Shown here: in pieces, positions 28,673 to 37,999 of the stretch
Layout of the letters: each line of letters begins with the position of its first letter
Position numbering within the stretch: the stretch's first letter is position 1
Position numbers and translations under genes: made by a program
The notes under the pieces: generated by a model
Told to the model about the DNA's origin: nothing
The model's database searches: none
What the model saw: only the letters and a program-made list of their open reading frames with translations
NCBI GenBank assembly: GCA_963663385.2
Contig: CAXXXD010000001.1
Span: forward strand, 128,001 to 192,000
DNA: 64,000 nucleotides
Source of the DNA: Oceanispirochaeta sp.
GTDB lineage: Bacteria; Spirochaetota; Spirochaetia; DSM-2461
Direction: 5' to 3'

Positions 28673-29272
28673 ATGGAAAGAGTTACCTGGAAACCGGGCA
28701 ATATGATATTCCCGGTACCGGCCGTCCTGGTAAGCAGTGGAGAAGAGGAGTCCGAGTACAATCTGATCACAGTGTCCTGGACAGGAACCATCTGCACCAA
28801 TCCTCCCCTCTGCTATATTTCTCTCCGGCCGGAGAGGCTCTCCCACGACATCATCAAAAGAACCGGCGAGTATGTTATTAACCTGACAACAGAAGAACTG
28901 GCGAAAGCCACAGACTGGTGCGGGGTCAAATCCGGCAGAGATTTTAACAAATTCAGGGAAATGCAGCTGACCCCGCTTCCGGCTACAGAGGTAAAAGCTC
29001 CCCTGATAAAGGAAAGTCCCATCAATATTGAATGCCGGGTTCGGGAGATAATGGAACTGGGAAGCCATGATATGTTTCTGTCGGAAGTTGTAGCGGTTAA
29101 CGCAGACAGCCGCTATATAGATCCGGAAACAGGAGCCTTCAATATGCAGAGAGCCGGGCTTATTGCCAGCGCTCATGGAAAATACTGTACACTGTCTCCG
29201 CCCATTGGCCATTTTGGCTACTCCATCAGAAAAAAGAAAAAAAAGACCCGGAGAAAACCGGAAAAGACCTGA
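28673..29272 (+). CDS. Flavin reductase-like (flavoredoxin) family protein
   Basis: PVPAVLVS, CGVKSGRD, APLIKESPINIEC and LGSHDMF. Confidence 0.9.
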   Translation: MERVTWKPGNMIFPVPAVLVSSGEEESEYNLITVSWTGTICTNPPLCYISLRPERLSHDIIKRTGEYVINLTTEELAKATDWCGVKSGRDFNKFREMQLTPLPATEVKAPLIKESPINIECRVREIMELGSHDMFLSEVVAVNADSRYIDPETGAFNMQRAGLIASAHGKYCTLSPPIGHFGYSIRKKKKKTRRKPEKT

Positions 29273-29299
29273 AGACTGTTTTTCTGATACAATACCTTT

Positions 29300-29929
29300 A
29301 TGATTTACAAAAAAGAACGTAAAGAGATAGCCTTTACCATGAGGCGCTTATACAGACAGAATCTGACAACCTGCTCAGGGGGAAATATCAGCCTGCGGGT
29401 AGGGAATAACCATATGCTCATAACCCCTTCCGGGCTGGATAAAGGAGAAATCAGTTTCAGACAGATTGCCCTGATGACTCTGGATGGAGAAAACCTGTCG
29501 ATTGGATTGAAACCCAGCATAGAGACGGATATGCACTTGAAGATTCTGCGATCCAGACCGGATGTAAACACAGTTGTTCATGCTCATCCCGTCCATGCCA
29601 GTTTTTTCAGCGCCACAGATTCAACGGTAAGAACAGATCTGCTTGCAGAAGCCCGGTACCTCCTGGAGGAACCGGCATTTGCCCCCTATGCTCTTATGGG
29701 AACAGAAGGACTGGGTGATCGGGTTTCCGCGGCCCTTGAAAAGGATAAGTCCGCTGTCTTTCTGGAGAACCATGGTGTATTAACCGTTGGAAGCAGCCTG
29801 CTCCAGGCATTTGACAGGATGGAAGTCCTCGAAGCCGCTGCTGTTATGACTTTAATGTCCCGGCAGGTTGAGGGAGTATCGGAACTGACAGGTGAACGAC
29901 TTAAGGAAATTGACCGTCTTCACAACTGA
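29300..29929 (+). CDS. Class II aldolase/adducin family protein (FucA-like)
   Basis: GGNISLR, ITPSG, PSIETDMH, VVHAHP and LENHGV. Confidence 0.9.
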   Translation: MIYKKERKEIAFTMRRLYRQNLTTCSGGNISLRVGNNHMLITPSGLDKGEISFRQIALMTLDGENLSIGLKPSIETDMHLKILRSRPDVNTVVHAHPVHASFFSATDSTVRTDLLAEARYLLEEPAFAPYALMGTEGLGDRVSAALEKDKSAVFLENHGVLTVGSSLLQAFDRMEVLEAAAVMTLMSRQVEGVSELTGERLKEIDRLHN

Positions 29930-29935
29930 TCAGAT

Positions 29936-30222
29936 CTACTCCAGGGCCGTACTCTCATCAGTCAGTCCGGAAAGGGACAGTTTCTGTTCCTCAATGACAT
30001 CTTCAGGATTTTCTCGCTCCACCAGGGTAAGGGAGTCATGTCTTAAAAGAACCGTCAAACCGTCAGAGTGGCTCCGGCTCATCCACTGATAGTCCGGACT
30101 TTCTGTCAGATTATCAAAAAAAAGAATCGATATTACCGTTTTCCCGGGAATATCCGGCCAGACAGATGAAATTCCAGGACCGGACAAAAGAAAAAAAAGA
30201 CCAGGAACCACGACTTGTCCAT
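29936..30222 (-). pseudogene. Truncated, frameshifted CsgG/FlgO-like exported protein remnant
   Basis: ISILFFDN..WMS..LVERENPEDVIEEQKLSLSGLTDESTA resembles CsgG/HfaB-like N-terminal domains. The RBS-preceded ATG at 30222 is out of frame across an 8-nt homopolymer (30191-30198), and the frame stops mid-domain. Confidence 0.55.
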
Positions 30223-30436
30223 ACTCTAACTCCCTTTCAAACAGCTCTTACTTCAGAATATGAAGATTTCTTCATAAATAGCAAGCCTAATCTTCACCAT
30301 CCTTTTGAAGCTTACCAAATCTCCAAAAAATCTCCATCATACCAAAGACGAAACAGTTGTATCTTATAAGAGGAACTGAGGAGAAAGAATAGGCAGACAG
30401 GGAGTGACCGCCCGAAGAAGCATACAAACGAGCTGG

Positions 30437-30453
30437 AATACGACCGGTCTATT
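30437..30453. promoter_or_regulatory. Candidate TetR (NemR/LmrA-type) operator upstream of lon
   Basis: AATACGACCGGTCTATT with a palindromic GACCGGTC core. Confidence 0.5.
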
Positions 30454-30482
30454 ATTACTTTAAAACCCAGAGAGGTGATTAC

Positions 30483-32879
30483 ATGAAAAAATACAGAGAA
30501 AATACAAACAGTATCCCCGGGGAGCTTCCTCTTGTCCCCCTTAAAGGCTCAATCCTCTTTCCCGGTGGAAGCAGCACGGTAAGGATCAGCGGGCTCAAAG
30601 AAGATGAGAGTGTTTTTACCAGTAATAGAAACCAGGTTTCAATGGCAGCCGCTATTTCATTAAAAAAGAATTTTGACCTGGCCGAACTGGAGCAGGAGGA
30701 CTTTTTCACAATAGGAACACTGGCTGCAATTGAGTCTACCGAACACAGAAATGGAGAACTCCAGCTGAATATGCGCGGACTGGAAAGGATCCGACTGCAC
30801 AATATATATAAAAAAGATCGTCTTCTTTTCGCCAGTATAGAAATCATGGAAACCATAAATGATCTGGATGAGGAAAGCAGCCGGGTGCTGGCTGATAATA
30901 TTAAGGGACTGGCTAAAGATATTGCCTCCTTTTTTGAGGGAACCAACGAAGCCATACATCAGCTTGAACTGCTTCAAAATCCGCTGTCCCTTATTTACAG
31001 CATTATACCCTACCTGAATATTACACGGTCGGAGAAACAGGAACTCCTGGAAGAAGCGTCCCTGAAAGAGCTGGGCATGAAAGTACTGGATCATATGATC
31101 CGTCAGAAGGAATCCATCAAGATACAGTCTGAAATGGCTAACAAGATGACTGAAAAAACCAGTCGGTCCTACAGGGAAAATGTCCTGAGAGAGCAATTGA
31201 AGGTTATCCAGAATGAACTGCATGAAAACAGCGAGGAAGACGGCCTGAGTCTGAGGGACAGGATTGAGCAGTCTGACATGCCTGAGGATATCCGGAAAAC
31301 CGCATTGAAAGAGCTTGAGAAACTGGAGGACCAGCCTCCGGGGAGTCCTGAGACCAGGATTATACGCAGCTACATTGATCTGCTTCTTGATCTTCCATGG
31401 AAAACCATTGATACGGGAGAAATAGATCTGAATCTCTCCCGCAAGATTCTGGACGATCACCATTACGGACTGGAAAAAGTCAAGAAAAGGATTATTCAAC
31501 ACCTGGCTGTCATGAAACTGAAAAACGAGAAAAAGGGATCCATCCTTCTCCTCGTAGGCCCTCCGGGCACCGGAAAAACCAGCCTGGGGAAAAGCATCGC
31601 AGAATCCCTGAACCGCCCGTATGTGAGGGCCAGCCTGGGAGGAATGCGGGATGAAGCGGAAATACGCGGTCACCGCCGCACCTATGTAGGGGCCCTGCCG
31701 GGCCGTATTATTCAGGGGATGAAGAAAGCGGGGGCCACCAATCCTGTATTTGTTCTGGATGAAATCGATAAACTGATGCAGTCCTACAGCGGAGATCCGG
31801 CGGGGGCGCTCCTGGAAGTACTGGATCCCGAACAGAATAACAGTTTTTCCGACCACTATCTGGAAGTACCCTACGACCTTTCAAATGTGTTTTTTATCGC
31901 GACTGCCAATTCCCTGGAAACCATTCCCGGTCCCCTCAGGGACAGGATGGAGATCATTACCCTGTCCGGCTATACCAATCCCGAAAAACTTCACATAGGG
32001 AAAAATCATCTGATCCCTTCGGTTCTGGAAGAACACGGACTGTCGGAGAAGCAGGTGCTGATCAGCGATGAAGCCCTGGAGGAAGTGGTGGAGAACTACA
32101 CCCGCGAAGCGGGAGTCCGGGAGCTGAAGAGAAAGATTGCCGCCCTGGCCAGAGCTGTTTCGGAAGAGGTTGTTTCGGCAGAAAAGGAACTGCCCATCAG
32201 GATTACCAGGGATGAAGTGGACGGTTATCTTGAAAGCCCGAAAGTCCGTCATGAAACCATAGGGAAAGTGAATCCTCCCGGAGTCGTCACCGGTATGGCC
32301 TGGACCCCGGTTGGAGGAGAGATCCTTTTTGTGGAGAGCACCTATATGCCCGGGTCAGGAGGACTGACCATTACAGGACAGCTGGGTGATGTTATGAAGG
32401 AGTCCGCCCGGATATCCCTCAGCCTGATCCGTTCGCGTCTGGCTATGTTCACATCGGGATTCTCCTTCCAGGAACATGATATCCATATCCATGTTCCCTC
32501 GGGAGCCGTCCCGAAAGACGGACCGTCGGCAGGAGTAACCCTGATGACATCCCTGGCTTCCCTTATCCTTGGAAAGCCTGTCCGTTCGGACCTTGCCATG
32601 ACGGGAGAAGTAACCCTGCGGGGAGCCGTAATGCCTGTAGGAGGTGTAAAAGAAAAAGTGATTGCCGCCCATAGAGCCGGCATCAGAACCATCCTTCTAC
32701 CCAGGGAAAACGAAAAAGATATCAGGGAGCTGCCTGAAGAGGTCCGAAACGATTTAACCATTAACCTGGCCGAGTCAATACAGGATGTTCTGAAAGCAGC
32801 CCTTGGTATTGATATCCCGGAAATCCCCGGGATAGAATCACAGCAGTACGGCAGCACCACTGCCGCCGGGGAGATGTAA
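30483..32879 (+). CDS. lon: ATP-dependent Lon protease
   Basis: DHHYGLEKVKKRI, GPPGTGKTS, RGHRRTYVGALPG, LDEIDK, PKDGPSAG (catalytic Ser) and VGGVKEK (Lys). Confidence 0.97.
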   Translation: MKKYRENTNSIPGELPLVPLKGSILFPGGSSTVRISGLKEDESVFTSNRNQVSMAAAISLKKNFDLAELEQEDFFTIGTLAAIESTEHRNGELQLNMRGLERIRLHNIYKKDRLLFASIEIMETINDLDEESSRVLADNIKGLAKDIASFFEGTNEAIHQLELLQNPLSLIYSIIPYLNITRSEKQELLEEASLKELGMKVLDHMIRQKESIKIQSEMANKMTEKTSRSYRENVLREQLKVIQNELHENSEEDGLSLRDRIEQSDMPEDIRKTALKELEKLEDQPPGSPETRIIRSYIDLLLDLPWKTIDTGEIDLNLSRKILDDHHYGLEKVKKRIIQHLAVMKLKNEKKGSILLLVGPPGTGKTSLGKSIAESLNRPYVRASLGGMRDEAEIRGHRRTYVGALPGRIIQGMKKAGATNPVFVLDEIDKLMQSYSGDPAGALLEVLDPEQNNSFSDHYLEVPYDLSNVFFIATANSLETIPGPLRDRMEIITLSGYTNPEKLHIGKNHLIPSVLEEHGLSEKQVLISDEALEEVVENYTREAGVRELKRKIAALARAVSEEVVSAEKELPIRITRDEVDGYLESPKVRHETIGKVNPPGVVTGMAWTPVGGEILFVESTYMPGSGGLTITGQLGDVMKESARISLSLIRSRLAMFTSGFSFQEHDIHIHVPSGAVPKDGPSAGVTLMTSLASLILGKPVRSDLAMTGEVTLRGAVMPVGGVKEKVIAAHRAGIRTILLPRENEKDIRELPEEVRNDLTINLAESIQDVLKAALGIDIPEIPGIESQQYGSTTAAGEM

Positions 32880-33449
32880 TTGGCAAGGGACACCAGGGAA
32901 CACATACTTAAAAAAGGCATAGAACTGATAACAGAGAAGGGTTTTCACAACACAGGTATCAGCGAAATCCTCCTTTCCGCATCTGTTCCAAAAGGGTCCT
33001 TCTATCATTACTTCGGGAGTAAGAATGAGTTCGGCCGGGAAATAGTAGAAACAGCTTCGGCCGAATTTCTGAATTGTCTGCAGGAGTACTGCAACAGGGA
33101 TTTGCCGCCTCTGGAAAGGCTTCGCCTCTATATGGAAGACAAGATTGAGCATATGACGCCCTGTCAGTGCAACTGTCTTTTTGGAAAGTTGTCGCAGGAA
33201 GTAGGTGAAGAAACGCCGGAGCTGGCGGACAGCCTGCAGGCTGTTTTCAATTCCTGGAACAGGATACTTGCGGATCTGCTGAGAGAAGCCCGGGAAAGGG
33301 GAGAACTGAAAAACAGTGAAGATCCTGAAATGCTGGCCCGCTTTATCCTGGCAGGCTGGGAAGGGGCGATATCTCAAAGCCGGGTGAGACGGGATACAAC
33401 GCCTCTGAGGGAATTCTCAACCCTCCTGTTTTCATTTCTGACAGGATAG
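32880..33449 (+). CDS. TetR-family regulator (NemR/LmrA-like)
   Basis: KGFHNTGISEIL..VPKGSFYHYFGSK and WEGAI. The TTG start directly follows the lon stop. Confidence 0.9.
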   Translation: MARDTREHILKKGIELITEKGFHNTGISEILLSASVPKGSFYHYFGSKNEFGREIVETASAEFLNCLQEYCNRDLPPLERLRLYMEDKIEHMTPCQCNCLFGKLSQEVGEETPELADSLQAVFNSWNRILADLLREARERGELKNSEDPEMLARFILAGWEGAISQSRVRRDTTPLREFSTLLFSFLTG

Positions 33450-33450
33450 A

Positions 33451-33813
33451 TCAGGATTTCTTTCTACCGGTGTCCTCATCCAGTCTGGGACATCCCGGAC
33501 GGGTGTGGCAACTATCTCTGCTGCAGAATTTCACGTTCCCGCCCTCTATCACCAGGGGCCTCGATTCAACCAGAGCTGTAGCTACTTTTTTATGGGCGGA
33601 ATCCAGTATGCGGGCAAAGGTTTGGCGGGAAGTACCCATGCTTTCGGCGGCTTTATCCTGATACAGTCCCAGCTTGTCCGCCAGGCGGATGGATTCAAAC
33701 TCTTCCAGAGTCAGAATGATATTTTCTCTGGCGGTGACGGGAATCCCGGCAGGCTTAAAAACGCAGGCTTCAGGCTTTCGACAGATTGTTTTCTGTGTTG
33801 ACGGTCGGGGCAT
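33451..33813 (-). CDS. DUF134-family predicted DNA-binding protein
   Basis: MPRP..FKPAG..EEFESIRLAD..QDKAAESMGTSRQTFARILDSAHKKVATAL..IEGG. Confidence 0.9.
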   Translation of the reverse strand: MPRPSTQKTICRKPEACVFKPAGIPVTARENIILTLEEFESIRLADKLGLYQDKAAESMGTSRQTFARILDSAHKKVATALVESRPLVIEGGNVKFCSRDSCHTRPGCPRLDEDTGRKKS

Positions 33814-33882
33814 AACTATCCTCTCTATTAACTATCCTGATGGTATTTTAAGAAAAAATCAACAACAGATGTGACCTTTATC

Positions 33883-33910
33883 TTGACAATTATGGGAATA
33901 TGCTCATAAT
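33883..33910 (+). promoter_or_regulatory. Sigma70 promoter overlapped by a 22-bp palindrome (candidate operator)
   Basis: TTGACA-16 nt-CATAAT; ATTATGGGAATATGCTCATAAT (33889-33910) is 18/22 self-complementary. Confidence 0.6.
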
Positions 33911-33938
33911 ATTTTCTTATACACTCCGGGAGGAACCC

Positions 33939-34304
33939 ATGAGAATTGCAGTTTCATGCACAGAGGAAAGTACTAAAAAAATGGCAAGTCCCAGTTTTGG
34001 CAGAGCTCCTTTTTTTTATCTGGCGGAATCAGAAGAATATACAGGGTATTTTGTACCGAATACGCAAAATAAACAAGCCGTTCAGGGTGCCGGAATCCAG
34101 TCTGCCCAGACCATCCTCAGAGAAGAAGCCGAGGTTCTGATTACAGGGCACTGCGGTCCCAAAGCGTTCCGTGTTTTAACGGAAGGGGGAGTCAGGATTT
34201 TCCAGGGGGAACCGAAACGAACCGTGGATGAAACCCTGAAAGATTTCTTTGACAATAAACTTGTGGAACTGAAATCTGCGGATGTTGAAGGACACTGGGT
34301 ATAA
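33939..34304 (+). CDS. NifB/NifX-family (orange protein-like) cofactor-binding protein
   Basis: MRIAV..FGRAPFF..GAGIQSAQ..ITGHCGPKAF..ADVEGHW; GGAGG RBS. Confidence 0.88.
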   Translation: MRIAVSCTEESTKKMASPSFGRAPFFYLAESEEYTGYFVPNTQNKQAVQGAGIQSAQTILREEAEVLITGHCGPKAFRVLTEGGVRIFQGEPKRTVDETLKDFFDNKLVELKSADVEGHWV

Positions 34305-34305
34305 A

Positions 34306-35154
34306 ATGAAAATAGCAATAGCATCAGGAAAAGGGGGAACGGGGAAATCCAGCATTTCCACATCCCTGGCCGCCTGCCTTGCAGAAAACGGAACCCCAGT
34401 AGCCCTTTTTGACTGTGATGTGGAAGAACCGAACTGCCATCTGCTCCTGAACCGAACAGAAACTGTCAACAGGGATATACCCGTACAGATACCAGCCCTA
34501 ACCGCTCCCGACAAGTGCACGCAATGCGGCATCTGCGCTACAGTCTGCCGGTTCAATGCCCTGGCTTCCTTTAAAACTAAGCCCCTTTTCTTTCCCGAAC
34601 TCTGCCACAGCTGCGGCGGTTGCCAGTTAGCCTGCCCTCAGAATGCCATTTCAATGGTTGAGCATATTCCGGCACAGAGCAGAGACAGCATTGAAAATGG
34701 TCTGCATCTGATAGAAGGAGTCATGAATATTGGAGAAGCCCAGGCAACCAGAGTGATCAGGGAACTGGTGAAAACACCTGTAAGCGAAGAGGTGCAGATA
34801 CTGGACTCACCTCCCGGCACATCCTGTTCCTTTATGGCCACTGTCAGCATCTGTGACTTCCTTATCCTTGTAACAGAGCCGACTCCTTTCGGCCTGCACG
34901 ACCTTAAACTCGCACTCGAAGCCATAGAAACCATGAATATCCCCTACGGAATCATTGAGAACAAGGCGGAAGAAGGTGTCACCCTGATTCAGGATTTCTG
35001 CAGAGACGATGGTCACCCCCTCCTGATGTCCATACCCTTTTCCAGGAACGTTGCAGAGAATTATTCCCATGGGAAACTGCCCTACTACAACCAGACAGAG
35101 GTTCAGAAGGGATTCGAACAGCTTTTGAATCAGATCAGGAGTGAGTGCGCATGA
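34306..35154 (+). CDS. MinD-superfamily P-loop ATPase with inserted 2x[4Fe-4S] ferredoxin domain
   Basis: SGKGGTGKS, DCDVEEPN, CTQCGICATVC, CHSCGGCQLACP, DSPPGTSC and VTEPTPFGLHDL. Confidence 0.92.
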   Translation: MKIAIASGKGGTGKSSISTSLAACLAENGTPVALFDCDVEEPNCHLLLNRTETVNRDIPVQIPALTAPDKCTQCGICATVCRFNALASFKTKPLFFPELCHSCGGCQLACPQNAISMVEHIPAQSRDSIENGLHLIEGVMNIGEAQATRVIRELVKTPVSEEVQILDSPPGTSCSFMATVSICDFLILVTEPTPFGLHDLKLALEAIETMNIPYGIIENKAEEGVTLIQDFCRDDGHPLLMSIPFSRNVAENYSHGKLPYYNQTEVQKGFEQLLNQIRSECA

Positions 35155-36017
35155 AAACTTGGACCATATTAAGCGGTAAGGGCGGCGCCGGTAAAACAAC
35201 CATAACAGCAACCTTTGCCCAGCTGATGAAAGACGGTGTAATGGCCGACTGCGATGTGGATGCGGCCGACCTTGCCCTGATACTCAAAGGGAAAAAGCAG
35301 TACGAGGAAAAGTTTTTCAGTGGGAAACTGGCCCGGATAAACCAGGATAAATGTACGTCCTGCGGCAAATGCATGGAACTGTGCCGTTTTGATGCTATCA
35401 GTAATGAAAACGGAAACTATACAGTAGCAGAGGACCGCTGTGAAGGTTGCGGAGTCTGCTTTGACCACTGCCCGGAAAAAGCCGTAGAATTTAACGACCA
35501 CGATTCTGGAATGTGCTATCACTCGGAAACCGAATCAGGCCCCCTGATTCATGCCAGACTTCATCCCGGCGGCGACAATTCCGGAAAACTGGTAACCCGC
35601 GTAAAGGAAATGGCCGAAGAAGTGGGAGAAAAACAGGGTCGGAACAGAATACTGATTGACGGACCTCCCGGAATAGGATGCCCCGTTCTGGCCTCTCTGA
35701 ACCTGTCGGAGCAGGTATTAATTGTAACAGAACCCACCCCATCCGGTCTTCATGACATGAAACGGCTCAGCCAGGTCTTGAAACATTTTAAAATTCCGGG
35801 TTCATTATGTGTTAACAAAGCAGATATCAACAGTGAGCTGACAAATGAGATTCGAAGCCTTGCAAATGAACTTGATCTGCGGTGGTTGGGAGAGATACCC
35901 TTTGATCCGGCCGTTCCGGCTGCTCTCAGAGAGGGGAAAACTCCTCTGGAAGCTCAAATTGAGCCGGTCCACAAAGCAATACAAAATATTTGGGAGAAAT
36001 GGAATGAGTACATGTGA
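35151..36017 (+). CDS. Second MinD-superfamily P-loop ATPase with ferredoxin domain
   Basis: SGKGGAGKTT, DCDVDAAD, CTSCGKCMELC, CEGCGVCFDHCP and DGPPGIGCP. ATGA overlap with the previous gene. Confidence 0.92.
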   Translation: MKTWTILSGKGGAGKTTITATFAQLMKDGVMADCDVDAADLALILKGKKQYEEKFFSGKLARINQDKCTSCGKCMELCRFDAISNENGNYTVAEDRCEGCGVCFDHCPEKAVEFNDHDSGMCYHSETESGPLIHARLHPGGDNSGKLVTRVKEMAEEVGEKQGRNRILIDGPPGIGCPVLASLNLSEQVLIVTEPTPSGLHDMKRLSQVLKHFKIPGSLCVNKADINSELTNEIRSLANELDLRWLGEIPFDPAVPAALREGKTPLEAQIEPVHKAIQNIWEKWNEYM

Positions 36018-36843
36018 CCACAACTGCGAAAGCTGTGAAAGCAAAGATAACTGCGATCATAAACTGATCGACAGAATGGATAAGATCAAGAACAAAATTA
36101 TGGTTCTGTCCGGAAAAGGAGGAGTCGGCAAGAGTTCCGTAGCGGCCTCTCTGGCCCTGAGCCTTGCTTCCCAGGGGAATAAAGTAGGTCTTCTTGACCT
36201 GGACTTCCACGGGCCCAGTATCCCCACCCTCTTCGGAGTTCAGGGGATGTCTCTGGTTTCGGACGGAGAGAATATGATTCCCCTGGAAGCAAAAGGAATC
36301 AAGCTTCTGTCCGTCGGTTTTCTGCTGGAAAACCAGGACAGTGCCGTTATATGGAGAGGCCCCATGAAAATGGGAGTAATCCAGCAGTTTCTCAGAGATG
36401 TGGAATGGGGAGAACTGGACTACCTGATTATGGACTTTCCTCCCGGAACTGGAGATGAAGCCCTTTCTGCCTGCCAGACCGTACCCAATGCAGCAGGGGG
36501 AATCATTGTTACAACCCCTCAGGAAGTCTCACTTTCCGACTGCCGGAAAAGCATCGACTTCTGCCGGAAGCTGAACCTTCCGATTCTGGGCGTTATAGAG
36601 AACATGAACGGATTTGTCTGTCCCAAGTGCGGCGAGGTAACTCCTATTTTCTCAACCGGCGGTGGAGAGAAAATGGCAAAATCCGATAATCTTCCCTTCC
36701 TGGGCAGCCTTCCCCTGGATCCGAACTTTACACGGAAATGTGATGAAGGAAACATAACTGTGGACCTTGATTCCCCTGTTGTTGAGGGAATCAAGGCAGC
36801 CGCAATGGAAATACAAAACCATCTATTAGGAGTTTTAAAATGA
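36004..36843 (+). CDS. Mrp/NBP35 (ApbC) Fe-S cluster carrier ATPase with Cys-rich N-terminus
   Basis: CDHNCESC..C, SGKGGVGKSS, VIWRGPMK, DFPPGTGD and ENMNGFVCPKC. Confidence 0.93.
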   Translation: MSTCDHNCESCESKDNCDHKLIDRMDKIKNKIMVLSGKGGVGKSSVAASLALSLASQGNKVGLLDLDFHGPSIPTLFGVQGMSLVSDGENMIPLEAKGIKLLSVGFLLENQDSAVIWRGPMKMGVIQQFLRDVEWGELDYLIMDFPPGTGDEALSACQTVPNAAGGIIVTTPQEVSLSDCRKSIDFCRKLNLPILGVIENMNGFVCPKCGEVTPIFSTGGGEKMAKSDNLPFLGSLPLDPNFTRKCDEGNITVDLDSPVVEGIKAAAMEIQNHLLGVLK

Positions 36844-37178
36844 AAATAGCAATCCCCTGCGCAGATAAAGTGCTTTGTGCCCATTTTGGCCATTGTGAAG
36901 CTTTTGCCATTCTTGATGTGGATATGGAATCCGGAAAAATGGGCGAGATCGAATATGTGACTCCTCCTCCCCACGAACCCGGGGTTCTTCCCAAGTGGCT
37001 GGGAGAAAAACAGGTAAATCTGATAATCGCCGGCGGTATGGGTCAGAGAGCCCAGCAGCTTTTCGGCAATCAGGGAATTCAGGTTGTTGTCGGAGCAGAA
37101 GCCGGTTCTCCCGAGAATGTGGTAACAAGCTACATGGACGGCACCCTGCAGACAGGGAGCAATCTCTGCGATCACTGA
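36840..37178 (+). CDS. NifB/NifX-family protein
   Basis: MKIAIP..CAHFGHCE..PPHEPG..IAGGMG..NLCDH. Confidence 0.9.
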   Translation: MKIAIPCADKVLCAHFGHCEAFAILDVDMESGKMGEIEYVTPPPHEPGVLPKWLGEKQVNLIIAGGMGQRAQQLFGNQGIQVVVGAEAGSPENVVTSYMDGTLQTGSNLCDH

Positions 37179-37196
37179 TTATTGTTTCAGGCTGAG

Positions 37197-37231
37197 AAAA
37201 AACGGATTCGTCTGGGCGGTCCGTTTTTTTT
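37197..37231 (+). terminator. Rho-independent terminator after the Orp-like operon
   Basis: AAAAAACGGA...TCCGTTTTTTT. Confidence 0.65.
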
Positions 37232-37261
37232 ACTCCCGGAGTTAATTTATACTTAAACATA

Positions 37262-37319
37262 TTGACTAATAGTTAAGCATGATTTATAAATACTTATATA
37301 TGTTTAGCGTGAATAAACA
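37262..37319 (+). promoter_or_regulatory. Sigma70 promoter plus downstream inverted repeat (possible XRE operator)
   Basis: TTGACT-17 nt-TATAAA (37262-37290); TGTTTA-N7-TAAACA (37301-37319). Confidence 0.5.
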
Positions 37320-37333
37320 GGATTGAGGGAGAA

Positions 37334-37921
37334 ATGGCAAAATCCAATAGAACAGAATACCGGTTCGGTGAAAAGATCAAGAAAGTCCGGGAGAGTCAGG
37401 GGATAACCCTGAAACAGCTGGCCCATCAGATGGATGTAAGTACCAGCCTCATCTCCCAGATTGAGAACAATAAGGTCTCCCCCTCCATCGACACCCTCTT
37501 AAATCTGGCGGATATCCTGGATATAGATCCGGAGTATCTGTTCAGGGATTTCCGCAAAAGACGGAAAGTCCGAATTGTCCATCAGGAAGACAGGAACAAC
37601 CTGGTTCTGGGAGACGTACAGTATGAACTGCTGACTCCGCCCATAGGCGAAGACGAAGAGTATGCCGTAGAAGCCCTGGAACTGGTTGTTCCTCCGGGGA
37701 GAAAAAAAGGGAGCGAACAGTTCGGCCATCCCGGAAGGGAGATGGGAGTCATACTGGAAGGAAAAGCGGAACTGCTGTACGGCACGGAAAGCTACCAGCT
37801 GACAAAAGGAGACAGCCTCTCTTTCTCCTCCTCGGTTCCCCATACCCTGATCAATACGGGAAAAAAAGACCTGAAAGCCATTTGGATTATTACCCCTCCC
37901 CGCCTGTTCTCGGCAGATTGA
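37334..37921 (+). CDS. XRE-family HTH + cupin transcriptional regulator
   Basis: TLKQLA..STSLISQIENNKVSPSIDTL; cupin HPGREMG..GDSLSFSSSVPH. Confidence 0.92.
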   Translation: MAKSNRTEYRFGEKIKKVRESQGITLKQLAHQMDVSTSLISQIENNKVSPSIDTLLNLADILDIDPEYLFRDFRKRRKVRIVHQEDRNNLVLGDVQYELLTPPIGEDEEYAVEALELVVPPGRKKGSEQFGHPGREMGVILEGKAELLYGTESYQLTKGDSLSFSSSVPHTLINTGKKDLKAIWIITPPRLFSAD

Positions 37922-37999
37922 AGGGGCAGGAATGGATAGGACAGCCCCCGATACAGGGAGGACTGCTTTTATATATCCCACTATACAGAAGGAGTTATT

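Noticed and set aside
30378..30436. GGAG...CCGAAGAAGCA resembling part of a glycine riboswitch upstream of lon
   Set aside because: The P2 hairpin and the downstream CUCUCAGG-like core are missing, and the gene context does not fit.
30660..31856. 398-aa antisense ORF opposite lon, and similar long shadow ORFs (37499-38380, 11757-12518, 42269-42961, 44022-44771)
   Set aside because: They lie entirely or largely opposite well-supported genes and have no recognisable motifs, as expected from codon-bias shadows.
33939..37178. Nitrogen-fixation (nif) cluster
   Set aside because: Only NifB/NifX-like small domains and MinD/Mrp ATPases are present; there is no nifHDK or nifEN.
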